A stretch of 40,532 nt of DNA from Atractiella rhizophila (Eukaryota): positions 11,639 through 52,170 of the forward strand of contig MU271504.1 in assembly GCA_021432655.1 (NCBI GenBank). Direction: 5' to 3'. A program made the position numbers and the translations under genes. Below the pieces are notes generated by a model. The model had not been told where the DNA came from and did not search any database. It saw only the letters and a list, made by a program, of their open reading frames with translations. How positions within the stretch are numbered: the stretch's first letter is position 1; each line of letters starts with the position of its first letter. Below, one piece after another: positions 12,528 to 24,436 of this stretch.

Positions 12528-15500
12528 TCACTCCGCACTAGGACTCTCACTCCTCTCAAAAGCACCAGGCATCAACCTCCCACTTCCGCTGGTACTCTGA
12601 TTCCTGGTCCCCTCCGACTCATCCTGCTCGATCAGTTCATACACCGCTCTACCAGTCTCGTCCCTCCCAATGAGTCTATACTCTCTCCCATTCCTGGCGA
12701 CCAACTGATCGGCGAGCCACTGAGGTTGAGGATGAGGGCTACCCATCGGCATCCGGCTTGTGCTTGCTCCGGCATTTGAAGCGGCAGCTGGGGGAAGCGA
12801 GAGGGATCTCTGTCCGTGGCTATGTCCATGCCCATGTCCATGTCCAGAGGGACCAGCATTCGCATTCGAGGAGGGAACAGTGGGCCAGTCTGGCGGATCC
12901 ACGTCCATAGGAATGGTTCCAGCGGCGATGTGACTTTCCATCTGCTGTCTGATCGCCGCGACGTTGATATGCCTAGGTCCACCTCTCCGACCTCCCATCC
13001 CTGCTCCAGGAACGAGGGGACCGCCCGGTCCTGCGCCGGTGAAAGGAGTTTGGTATTGTAAACGCTCGGTGGCGTCCGAAGGTGCTTCCAGTTGAGCATC
13101 TGTTGCGCGACCGTAGTAGATGGGATTGTACCCTCTGTTTTGTGCGAGAGAGGTGAGATAGCGCCTGAGATCGGCGACGCCTTTTCCAGAATAGACGCAG
13201 AAAGCGGTCCGTTGATGTGCGTTAAAATCCTGTGCATCAATCAGTTCACGTTCTACTCCTCGAGATCCCTCCATCATTTATTGGAGGGAATGGAAGAAAC
13301 ATACTTTAGGAGCGGGTCTACAATAGCTCTGCAAATCGTTCCTCCTGAAAGCAGGAACGCCAGTAAGAGAGAGATGGGTGAGTTTCGTCAACCTAGTTAG
13401 TAGGAAATGGATGGCTGAAACGGTGATGCGCTCGCAGTAGGAGAGATGGATGCGTTCCAAAGAGGATCTTTCGACGAGAGCGTATATGGCGCTATCCGTG
13501 AGGTTTTGGACCTGTTGAGGGTGTTAGGTTCATGAATGGACCAGCAGAATATGAGTGAAGGGGACAAACCCTGACGAGTCCGATCCGCTTCATCTTTATC
13601 AAGTTCTGCGCAGTTCGATCACGCTCAGATCAGTAAGATTAGGGCAGCCTAGTCCATAAACATCAACGTGAATCAACTGATAAGAAAGGTGACATACAAG
13701 CCAAGTCAATGTACCTCAACCTCGTACAGTTCCTCGCCAGTCTAATCACCGCCTTATCGGTGATATTATTGACATGTCCAAGATGCAAATAATGAAGATG
13801 TTTCCCCAACCTCCCCACCGAATTCAACGCTTCATCTGTCAACGCATTACATTTGGCCAACAACAGGTTCCGGATCCTCGGACACTGTGTCACGATTCCG
13901 TCCACAGCTGCGTCCGTAAGCCTCGACAGCTGCGAAAGATCGAGGAACCGGAGATGGTCAAACACGGGCGGGAACGGTTTCTCGTCTAAAGTTCCGAGGG
14001 TGGATGCCAATGCATCGAAGGATGAGGGGAGGGTGAGTCGGATTTCTTCTCTATATGAGTCAATCGGTATCCTGGATATGCAAGTGGAGATCGGGAAGGC
14101 TGTCTCGTCGATTTCGGGTAGTTGGGTCATCACGAGTTCTCGGAGGTGAGTAGAGAGACGGAATAAGGTCCAGAAAGCTTTCGGGGTCACCTTTGTGCAG
14201 AGCGCAATGTCGATCTCGAGCAATAGTGGGCAAGAGGCGCATAGAGCGATAAGCGCGGAGTCTGTCAGCGATGCAAGGCCCTTCATCTTGATCTGTTCAT
14301 CATCCCACAACCATAAATCGACATCAATGGCTTGCTCGTCCCCAAATGAGTGCAGCAGTATAAGGAGGATGAACGCACCCTCCGCATCCCAGGACACCCT
14401 GCAGCCACAGCCATGACTCCTTCATCTCCCACATTCTTACACCCAGTCAAATTCAGTCCTTGAAGCCTCCGACAATTTCTCCCCACTTCCACCACACCTG
14501 CATCCGCTATTCCCACACACTCGCTCAGATCCAGCGCTACGAGTCCCTTGAGCCTCCGGACAAGGGGTATGAGACCAGCATCAGAGATACCAGTACATCC
14601 GTTGAGGGTGAGACGCTCGAGACGGGTGCAGGGGAGGAGGTGGCGTAGAATGGGATCGTCTATTTGTTGTGCTAAGAGGGAGAAATTGAGACGTCTGATG
14701 TACCTCGGATAAGCGAAAGTGGGAGCTCGTTCCTCTTCCTTCTCTCCACCCTCTCCATCCACTTCTGCGGAAACGGACGCGGTGGGAGAGGGCGGGCCGT
14801 CCTCCAACATCTCCACATCCTCTCCACCGATCCCCATTTCGTCCGCGAATAGTTCCTGGTACGCTTGACTCCTCGCTGTTCGAGTGACGATGATCAACAT
14901 CCGGAGGAAGTTGGAAATCTGAGTCCCGAGCGAGGGTTTGAACCATATGAATTCGACCGCGCAATGACACCATGACTTGCAGACTAGGAGAGCAGATTTG
15001 AGGTCGGATGGGAGGGGTAGGAAGCGAAAGATGTGTATGATGATTTCGTGTGGCAAAAAGGCAGGTGACGGAGGCAACTCGCCATTCGTCTGCAAATAGG
15101 AAGGGAAACGCCATGCCAACCCTCCTCCAGGGCCTATTCCTCCCAAAGAATCACTCACATCCATCACACTTGAACTTAGAGAAGCGCGAATGGTATCTCT
15201 CCTCGACCTCACAACCCCTCCGCCACTCCCACTCGGGTTCACGATCGCCATCCCTTTCTTCATCGACGGACTAAGCATCTCCGCCGGTCCAGTAATCCTC
15301 CTACCGATCGAAATTTCCTCGTCAGCCTCAGCCTCGGCGTCTCCATCCAACGCATCCACATCCTCTGCGTCTGCATCCCCATCCCCATCTCCATCCGTCT
15401 CCTCCTCGTCGCTCACGGAGGGTGCGGGGGAGCCAGACACCCCAGAGCGCGAGGAACGCCCGGATGGCCCCGTGTGGTCCTCTGGGTGTCGTTGGATTTG

Positions 15501-15572
15501 GGCTGCGCGTGAGGCGGGTGCGGACGTGGGTCGTGGACTGTGAGATGGAATGTGGAGGACCGGGTGCTGCAT
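12528..15572 (-). CDS. GRR1: SCF ubiquitin ligase F-box/LRR subunit, GRR1 family; multi-exon
   Basis: F-box LPHEIIIHIFRFL...LLVCKSWCHCAVEFIW, then FAYPRYIRRLNF and cysteine-containing LRRs (LERLTLNGC, LHYLHLGHV, RLRYIDLAC, LERIHLSYC, LTHLSLTGV). It also has FNAHQRTAFCVYSGKGV, typical of fungal Grr1. Confidence 0.92.
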
Positions 15573-16608
15573 GCTGCCTTCCGGATGCGACTTGCGATGG
15601 CTGGACAGTAGACGCTCAGTTAACAGACTGGGACACTAATCGAGAATGGGTAGTAGTGCAGGCGAAAAGGGCAGAGCAAATATCAATGTCGTCGTTGGGT
15701 TGGGAAAGTGACAGCGTTTGTCGATGTTTGGGTCACCAGCGTTATCAAACTCTGAGAACGAGGACAGCAACGGCATTTATTCATTTATTCGTTTTATTAC
15801 GTTTTGCATCACTTTGCATCATTACAGTATATAGGTAGCCATTCATACTCTTCACAGATATTTCTTTGGGTTGTCTTGCAAGAATGTCGCAAAGAACTCA
15901 ATCAGAATCCCTGTGCTCACGCTGTTCGCTGTTGGGGGATCCGTGAGGTAGAATGTCATTGATATTCACTCTCAAACCAATGAACATCCATTTACGCCAA
16001 CCCAAACGACGTCCTGAACAAACTATATCCCTTCACTTATGGTCTTCTCGAGAAGTTATTAGAACTACTACAGTTAACTTGAAAGTCGCTTGTTCAAACT
16101 AAGCAGTCCTGACAAGGTGACAATGCTTCACACAATTGTGGCAAGATTTCAAAAAGAATATTCCGTTTATCGATCGAAGCTGGAGAGGTGGTCGCTGTAC
16201 CTTTGGACCTTCAAATTCCCAAACTAATCAAATAATCTCTCATTCAATACACATATCGTCAGAATGCCAACCTAAGCCAGAGATCGGTAGAATACTTCTA
16301 CAATGAAAGTATTTTATCGATACTTAATGGTACAGTTGATGAAGTTGTGTTCCTTATGTGACCTTACAATTTGCCACTGAATCTGCCGCTTCAAATAGTT
16401 CACGAGGATAATCGAAGTGCAGAGTCAATAAAACAACTCGATGGATGATGCCCACACCTGCTTTATCCACAATCGTTCCTTTGACGTTCATTTCATTTCA
16501 TTTCAACTTATTCCAGTCCGCACCGTAATTGTAAAAGCGATGCTCACATCTAACTCTTCTGTAATGGATACTGTATTCATAACACAGCGCTTCGTTCAAA
16601 CTCGTAAC

Positions 16609-18965
16609 CTAAAAAAGCAGACCTTTCATCTGCTCCATCTTATCCAGACGAATATTCTTGATCAACAATACCCAGAGGAGACTCAACCCCATAACTGAGG
16701 CTCCAGCAATGAGCATCCTCTTCCATACCCGTACGCTATCACGGATGTCAGCGGAGTTGCGATTTGCATTCCCAAACGCACATTCAATAATAGCTTCCCG
16801 CGTTGGATCTCCCATCGGATAGGAGAGTTGGACCGTCAGATCCCCATAGATTGACTCGAAATCCGGCAGGCTCTCCTCGGGCAGGAGACGGAGAAGGGCA
16901 TCAGGGAAGGTGTTGGTCCATATTGCTCCACTGATGGCGCTTCCAATGCTGCCTCGTGCATCGCCGTCAGCAATTTCAATCCTGAATGTTAAGATCAACT
17001 TATCTAGCCAACCGAAGAGTCCGAGGAGGGCGAGAGAGGCAGAAATGTGTTGATGGTCCACAGACGCATTGACAGCTACCTGCTCGCAGAGAATGATCGT
17101 GGAGCCGCTGAATGCAAGCAGGATTTGACAAAATATAATCCAACCCTGTTTTAGAGGTGAGAAGCTGAGTCCCTGAAGGCAGGTTACTTAAAATGTTCGT
17201 GTGTGGTCGCCGGAAGTGGATCATGAGTCCCAGAGCGAGAATAAACATCGGAACAGCGATGAATAAATAAATACGGAATCGTCCAGTCTTCTTTATCACG
17301 AATCCTAAAACCAGAAGATAGCAGCCTTCGCCCACTGATGAGAAGCGCAAATAGAGGCAAAAGCAATCGCACCTGCAATGATATCGAAGATGCCCCCGAC
17401 ATAGCCAGCTTCAGAAATGCTCAAACCGTTGACGACCTGCAGGAACGAGGAGAAGTAGCTGTTCCAAGCGTAGTATGCCACTTGATACGTTCCGCAGAGA
17501 AGGCAAGTACCAGCGATGGTACGTGAGAGAAGGACGTGGTATGGCATGAATGGCTTCGGTGCGACATACCGCTCAAAGACAGCAAATGTTACCATGAGCG
17601 AAAATCCGAGAACAAGCATCTATGGCCACCATCAATCATCTTACGATTAAAGGAAACGAGACAAACAGCAATGATATATCCAGATTGCCAGCCATGAGGA
17701 GCACTATCCGCCAGAGAAAATGGAAGAAGGAAGAGCGAGACTCCCGCAGCCAGCAAAAGGACGCCAAAAGCTACACCAGCCAGATTATTAAAACGCTCGT
17801 AATGTTGTGAAGCTTACCATCAAACTCGATCAGATAATGCCAGACACTTTGCGTCCACGTCCTTTCGCTCCTTTCCTGTACGATTAATCCCGCCTTGGTC
17901 GCTTTCCTCTCTTGGAAACGCATGACAACAACAAGGGGTAGGGCCACAACTGGTAGGATGATCGCGAAGGTACCGAAAGCCCAGCGCCAGGATATCTTCT
18001 CATAGAATCCTTCAGCCGCTTTGGGTCCCGCAAGAGCCGTGATGATGTATGGAGACGAAGCTACCTTTTCTTGAGTTGACTTCGCAATGCCAATAAAGGG
18101 GCTCACTGAAAGCAAAGGCAAGCGCTCGATCCTTCAAGCGAGAGGTATCTGCCGTGATTACATCCACTGATAAGACAAGATCAGGTGTCAAGTGGTAATC
18201 GTGAACGTCAAAAACCTTTACCAGAGTATATCATGCCTGCGAATCCAACAGAATAGAAAACCTGCGCACTTTGGTCAGTCAAATGGAAGGACGGTGGAAT
18301 TGATACCTCACTTGGGCAGCACAGAAGGTCTGGACATTATTTGTAAACGCCAGCAGGATCAGTCCGAGGTCTGCCAAACAGACCATGGAACAGAATGCCT
18401 CAGTTCTCCCGACTATATCCAGCAGTTTCGAAACAGGTAAGTAGGTCACTGCGCTGAAAGTAGAGGAAACGACTGAAGTTGTGTGAGTTGTGTCCATAAA
18501 AAAACTCGCAGGTAGTAGAACTCACTATAGATGACGGGGATCAAAGAATGCTCAGAAAAGTCAGATAGGACATATGCCGTCAGGTTGTTTGTAATGCTGG
18601 ACTGAAATGCGTTCACGAAGTACAGCAGAAACATCCTATAAATCATGATTCAACGGCTCGCCTTTGCTCCAGAGCATCACCTACGAAATGTAGACGACCG
18701 TCAGACTCTCTTTTGACCATGTCAACGTTACTGCCTCCACTCTTTGCACGCCAGCTTGAGCTGTCGTAGTAGGTCTTTCACCGGTTTCCAATGCCCTCTC
18801 ATTCGAACCACCTGGTACTTCCCTCTCTAACGACTCCTTCTCCTTGATGTCTTCTACATCGTCCGCCTTCTGATCATCCACAGAGAGTTCTGGGATGACG
18901 GCCTCTTCTTTGGCGACCAGAGGTCGACGGCGAAGAAAAGATATCTTCGATGTAAAAGTAGACAT
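16609..18965 (-). CDS. MFS siderophore-iron transporter (MirB/Str1/Sit1-like); multi-exon
   Basis: Motifs QAGVQRVEAVTLTWSK, FSEHSL, KLLDIVGRTEAF, SSPYIITALAGP, WRWAFGTFAII, IEFD, GGSIGSAISGAIWTNTFP, IYGDLTVQLSYPMGDPTR, plus many TM segments. Likely start MSTFTSK at 18965; an in-frame upstream ATG lies at 19040. Confidence 0.9.
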
Positions 18966-19434
18966 CTTGCGCGAGGCGACTCCTCTTGGCAGCGAGTAGG
19001 ACCTCTTGAGGAGCTCGGTAAAAGAGCCGTGTCGGGACATGTAGCGATTTCCATCCTTCCAGCGGCGTGAACGGAGATCCAGCAACCATTCTGGAGCTCT
19101 TCCATGAAATGTAATTGGCTGCTAACCCGTGGCAACAACTGTCAATGCTTTTGATTGGCTTCAAGCGAGATTCCACGGAGGTTGATAGCTTTGGTTGATA
19201 TCATATCCTCCTGCATTCATTGACAATGTGATCCGTAGTTTATTTGATACGAAGCACCTTTGCCGCTGCGGAAACTCATCGGGAGGAACCAACTATCCTA
19301 TGAACGTCGGTTGAGCAGAGAGGTGTTATAAAGATCATTCGATAGCTTGAATGAGACGGCGGCGAGAACACAAAGAACACAAACTGACTACTATTTCTGT
19401 CTGGTTGAATGGACAGGCAATAACCTAGTTTCCT

Positions 19435-19443
19435 GTATCAGAT
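19435..19443 (-). promoter_or_regulatory. Candidate iron-responsive GATA-repressor site (ATCTGATAC)
   Basis: One mismatch to the SreA-type ATCWGATAA consensus, about 470 bp upstream of the siderophore transporter start. Further GATA cores lie at about 19184-19205. Confidence 0.35.
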
Positions 19444-20291
19444 GTGACCTGGTCAAATATCATTTTGAAACGCACGATTTACTGGCGAAACTGAGTCGAT
19501 GCATTCGTTAGCAACGACAACCCTGCAAGTCATCAGCACTTTGAAATCAGACATCGCACAGATATTGCACATCAAACCTTGATCCCTCTCCATAAATGAA
19601 TAAGTGGGGAGCATCTGGCTATTACTTTAAAATCTAAAACTCAAACAGCACTTTGAAACTTTGAATTGTAAGCAAAGGGAAGGCACGCCTCAGAATTGAT
19701 GCATCCTCTACCTGGTATGAGTACAAAGGAAGAGGATCCCCTTGCTTATTTTGTTCGAGAAAGGGTGGATCTTTCAAAAAGGATACAATATTGTCCATGT
19801 AGCATCCTGAGGGTTCTTCATGTTGCTCTCACCACTCTGTTGCAAGCATCGAGGACAGAGCATTTTCTCGAGCTCACCACGCAACTATATTTCAAATTAT
19901 TCTTCTCTGCTCTCCGCTGAGAAAGGGCAATATCCCCCTATGGTGTCAACATGAAGAACGAACTGAGGAAGGAGAAAGGCAGGAGGGGTACACTTGGCTA
20001 CCAACCGGTCACCATCTCCACACATTTCCCCAAACAGAATCATCTGGAGTGGAAGGTCATTACCACATCTTTATCACTAGTACTTAGACCAACCAGCCAT
20101 TTTACTTCCAGGAACACTGAGGTTGTGTCGGTGACTGTTCCATCGTTCTGTACCTCTTTGCCAGCCCATTACCGAATGTATCAAGATGGTCAAAAGTGAA
20201 AGGTTAACGAGACGGTTAGCGAAGTCCTCCGCGACCGGGATAGTATAAGAGCAGAGAAACTGCTCGTTGAGCTGTTCCCAAGTATCCAGCC

Positions 20292-20971
20292 ATGATGAAA
20301 CTTGCAGCCTTTCTCGCTTTCACTCTGTCCGGCGTCCTCAGTTCGCCAGTTGACTTGCAGGAAAGAGCGAAGATTGATGTAAGTTCTTGCGATTGTAACC
20401 AACAGTCACCCAGCCTGAATCAGCGATTATAGATTACAGGCAACAACTGTAGAACAGCCTGTGGAGCCATAGGCGGGTACGTCTTCTCTTCGCTGTTAAG
20501 TGCTATCTGAAGAATGAAATAGCGGCCCGAATGGAGTATGGATTTGCACAATTTCAAACTTGAAAGATTGACAGAATTGTGAAGGCCGATTGTTCAGCTT
20601 TGGCCAATGAAATCGCTGCTGTATGTCCTTTTGTTCTTCTTAGAATTATTCTCATTTTTCGCGATGCAGATGCCAGGACGTATTGGCGTGGGCGCGTCTA
20701 GCAGTCGCATCTTTACGCATGGTTCATGCACGATCGCATTGTGCCCTCCTTCCCTTTCCCTTTCGCTGCGGCATTTGCTGATACATGGACTGCCAGTTTC
20801 AACTTCAACCCGGACAACACGTATTTGTACAACGCTGATTATCTAGCCCAAGTGGGAAGGATTGTGGACGATACATGCGTGAATAACGGAGGATTTCAAT
20901 CCGGAAAGTGCATTTTTGGAGATGACACAGCGCCAAATGGGCAGGTGTTCATTCAAGTGTCCCATTCCTAG
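20292..20971 (+). CDS. Small secreted cysteine-rich protein (141 aa, 6 Cys), possibly Ecp2/Hce2-like; 6 exons
   Basis: Exons 20292-20378, 20433-20476, 20523-20535, 20585-20620, 20670-20740 and 20797-20971, all with GT-AG introns, join into one open frame. It begins with the signal-peptide-like MMKLAAFLAFTLSGVLS. TATAA lies at 20244. Confidence 0.82.
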
Positions 20972-21853
20972 GTGCAATTGTGTTGATTGGCGCAAATACC
21001 AATGTTTCTGCAATCTGAACCCACTTTCTTCTTCTTCATGCTGACATTCTCTCCTCAGTCTAATAATGCAAGTATCGCCGCAACGTAGGAGATTTCATTC
21101 TCCGATGCTCACTCTAGGCACAACTTCCCGGTTCAGCCCTGGTCAGCCACTAGCCACTACACAGCTCTTCATTCCCCCTCAGGGGTATGAGCAGCTACAA
21201 CAACTTCCTCCTACTTCGACCATATCGCTTTCGAGACACAAACTAAAGGATTTTGAGAAAGGTGGATGACGGAATGGCTCGTTGACGTGTTTGATGCAAT
21301 AGGCTGTCGCTACGCTAGGAAGGTGCGCTGCAATTTATTCAACATCAGGCCACTGCGACTGGGTCTGTTGTGGGACATCTCGAATAAAGTAGCGTCCCCG
21401 ATCCTTTGCTTCCAGTAGGGTTGGATACTCCAAACTGTTTCAATAGACCAGTTTGGCGTTGCAGCCATGAGAGCTCGAGGGAGTCCCCAGGCTGGGAGGG
21501 AGATGAACATGAACTGTCCGGTGCCAGCATCCTGAAATCATGCCTTTTCCTGAAAGCGGTTTCCACTCGGATGGACTAGTCCGCACACGTCAGCCCTCGC
21601 AAGCCTTCTTCATGGCATCAATGTCCTGTTGTTCGAACTCCACAATTACATCTCTAGCTGCGGTCCTGCTATTCTATGCTTCAATAAGCTCATCAGATGA
21701 AGGGGTGTACACTGAACGGGCGAATCATGCTGTGCACCCTCAGGGTATTTCATCTTGGGTATAAATGGCCTGCTTCCTTCCTTTGGTGTCCCCAAGCAAT
21801 CAAACACCAAGTCTCAATTGTACTTAACTTGGACTAAAGCCGCATATCCACAA

Positions 21854-23960
21854 ATGTCCGAATCCGAGATGCACAGGATCACACTTTCCGCTCAGGACTT
21901 TCCTATCGACGAAGTGACTTTATATTCTAAGAGAGCGGAAGTCTCTCGAACGGTCAACTGTGCCTTGAAGAAAGGGGACAATGAAGTCGTTGTTGGGAAC
22001 TTACCCACTTGTCTGATCCGCGAGACACTCAAGTATGTCACACTGCTGCTGCCCTCTGTTGACTTGAGATTACTTACTCTGCCAAACAAAGGGTTGACGG
22101 TTCTGCTGAGATTAACACGATCCTGAAATACGTGACATATCAGGTTGTGGATGTGGAGCGAGTGTCCTTGAACTCGTCTCCGGAATACAAAGCCCTTGTG
22201 GCTCAAGTGAACACTCTTCGAGCATCCTTGGAAAGAGTACACTCTAGAAAAGAGGTGTTGAAAAACTTTGTCGCTGCTCTTTCTCCGGAGAAGGCTGGGG
22301 TGGAGCAACTGAAGGAAGCCCTGAAGTATCAAGAGGAGGAAGGGGCGAGCATGTACGAGCGCGAGGTGGAGTTGGGAAAGGAGTTGCAGAGAGTGCAGGA
22401 GGCCAAGAACGATCTGGAGAGGGGCGTAAACGGTGGGAAGGCGGATGGAACCGAAAGGTTAAGAGGGAAAGCGACAGTGGGAGTCTGGGCTGAGGAAGAG
22501 GGGGAGGTTGAACTCTCTTTCAGCTATGGTTTGTCCTCCGTAGCTTTGTGGAGGGATATAGGGTTAACAGTGGCCATTTTAGCCACGGATAAGGCCCTTT
22601 GGACACCTAGATACGACGCGAGGCTAACATCTATTGAGGCGAAGAGCGGAGAGAAGCCGTTGAAGCTGTCTTACAAAGCGGTTATTCTTCAGGCAACCGG
22701 AGGTAAGTCGCTCCATGTTCTTCTGTTCTCCTGACTTTACTGAGAAACGTCATAGAGGACTGGAACAACATTCAACTCTCGTTGTCCACCGCCATCCCAA
22801 CTCTCTCTACCAAGCCTCCCACACTCAATCCTTGGACACTGTCAGCACTTCAACCCGAACCCAAAGCAGAATTTACACTTGCAGCGACAGGTGGAGGGAG
22901 AACACGCCAAACAGCCCGCAAGAGTACGGGAGGAAAGGCTGCCCGCAAGCAGCTAGCTGATGGAAGCGGATTGGGGGAAGTTGCGAGATATCGGAAGATG
23001 ACGGTTCAGACGTTGGAAGTGAAAACCTCGAATCATCTTTCAACGCAATTCGAGCTTCCTGGTGTGACTACTCTGAAGAGCTTGGAGGATCACGAATTTG
23101 ACGACCTTACGGGATGGTTCGACGAAGAGTATGAGGACCAGGAAGAAATGGACGGGCGCCTTTTGGAGGTTCTGCAGAGGAGGACCGTGGCCATAAACGA
23201 GTTGAATTTGCCCGCTTCGTTCGAGTGGTTCGTTGTACCGAGGATGTCTGAGAGCGTCTTCTTAAACGTTTGTTCCTTCTTACCAAGTAAATGAGCGAGA
23301 TCTAATAACGCATAATAGGCAAGCTGCAAGAATACCTCCGAATATCCTCTGCTTAAGGGACCTGCTACCGTTTACTTAGATGGAAGCTTCGTCGCTAAGT
23401 CTGTAATTGTGGATGTGAATGTAAACGAAAAGTTTATACTCAACCTTGGGTCTGTCCCTTCATTCTTTTTAGTCCTTAGCGCTTATTCACATTTCCCTTG
23501 TTGCAGTCCCGATCGTTCCATCCGTGTCAGCTACCCACCCAGAACGAAGAACTCCACGACATCTGGCTTTATTTCCAAGGCACGCTCACATACTTATACC
23601 CAACGCGCGATAATCCACAATACGAAGCAACAGTCAGTTAACCAACTTACACTTCTTGATCGCGTCCCCCTCTCTAGTGACGGCAGCATTCATGTCAAAA
23701 TCATAAAACCTCAATTACCAGATGCAAATACCGTCCTGCTCTCGAGTGCGACGAATAAGTTCGTGAGCGTGTCTAATGGCGTGTGGGCGAGGTGGAAGCC
23801 GCTGGAGGGCGATGAAGCGATGATCCAGGATGGAAAACCGGATGGGAGAATAGAATGGTTGGTGGAACTGGATGCGGGAAAGAAGACCACTTTGGTTACT
23901 GAATGGGAGGTGTCGGCCGCCGTGGGAGTGACTGTGCTGGGATTGGAGAATGAGGAATAA
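21854..23960 (+). CDS. DUF4140/DUF4139 (mucoidy inhibitor MuiA-like) protein carrying an internal histone H3-tail motif; multi-exon
   Basis: N-terminal IDEVTLYSKRAEVSR (DUF4140), a coiled coil, then ALWTPRYDARL, QATG|EDWNNIQLSLSTAIP, CKNTSEYPLLKGPATVYLDGSFV, LG.D.SIRVSY and LLDRVPLSSDGSIHVKI (DUF4139). Confidence 0.88.
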
Positions 23961-24436
23961 AATAAAACATGTTGTGAGCTGATTCTTGCAATAGGCTGCT
24001 TGTGCGTTTGTTGACAATATCGCAGGTTGATGCGTCCAAAGTGTACTTTACACCATCTATTCCCCAATGTGTGAATCTATGAATGCGCACACTATTTCCA
24101 ATCAAGTTGTTGTCTAGACTTCTACAGCGCCTTCCTTGCTAGCTCTTCCACAACCTTGAGGCGGAAACCTTCAGCACACCCAAACCCGATCCCGATGGCT
24201 CATAGTGCTCATACTCAGTGATGACATCGATTCCTGCAGTGAATTTGACACCGGTTACAACATCGACCTCACTTGACATCACACTGTCGATCCCACGGCT
24301 ATTTGACTAATGGGTTCATCCCTCTCAACTTGTCCCTGACTTGCTGCATCTTGAACCCAGCTTCCCAGAGTTCCCAGTGCGAATTCTACCAAACCCAAAC
24401 CAGACCAGCCCAACCAAATTCACCAAAGTCAACGCC

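Noticed and set aside
22899..22958. A histone H3 gene or H3 pseudogene
   Set aside because: Only the 20-aa tail is present. No histone-fold sequence follows, and the segment is in frame within the DUF4139 exon.
24215..24340. GTGATGA...CTGA pair as an intergenic C/D snoRNA
   Set aside because: I found no recognisable rRNA or snRNA complement and no convincing terminal stem. It lies in the SDR upstream region.
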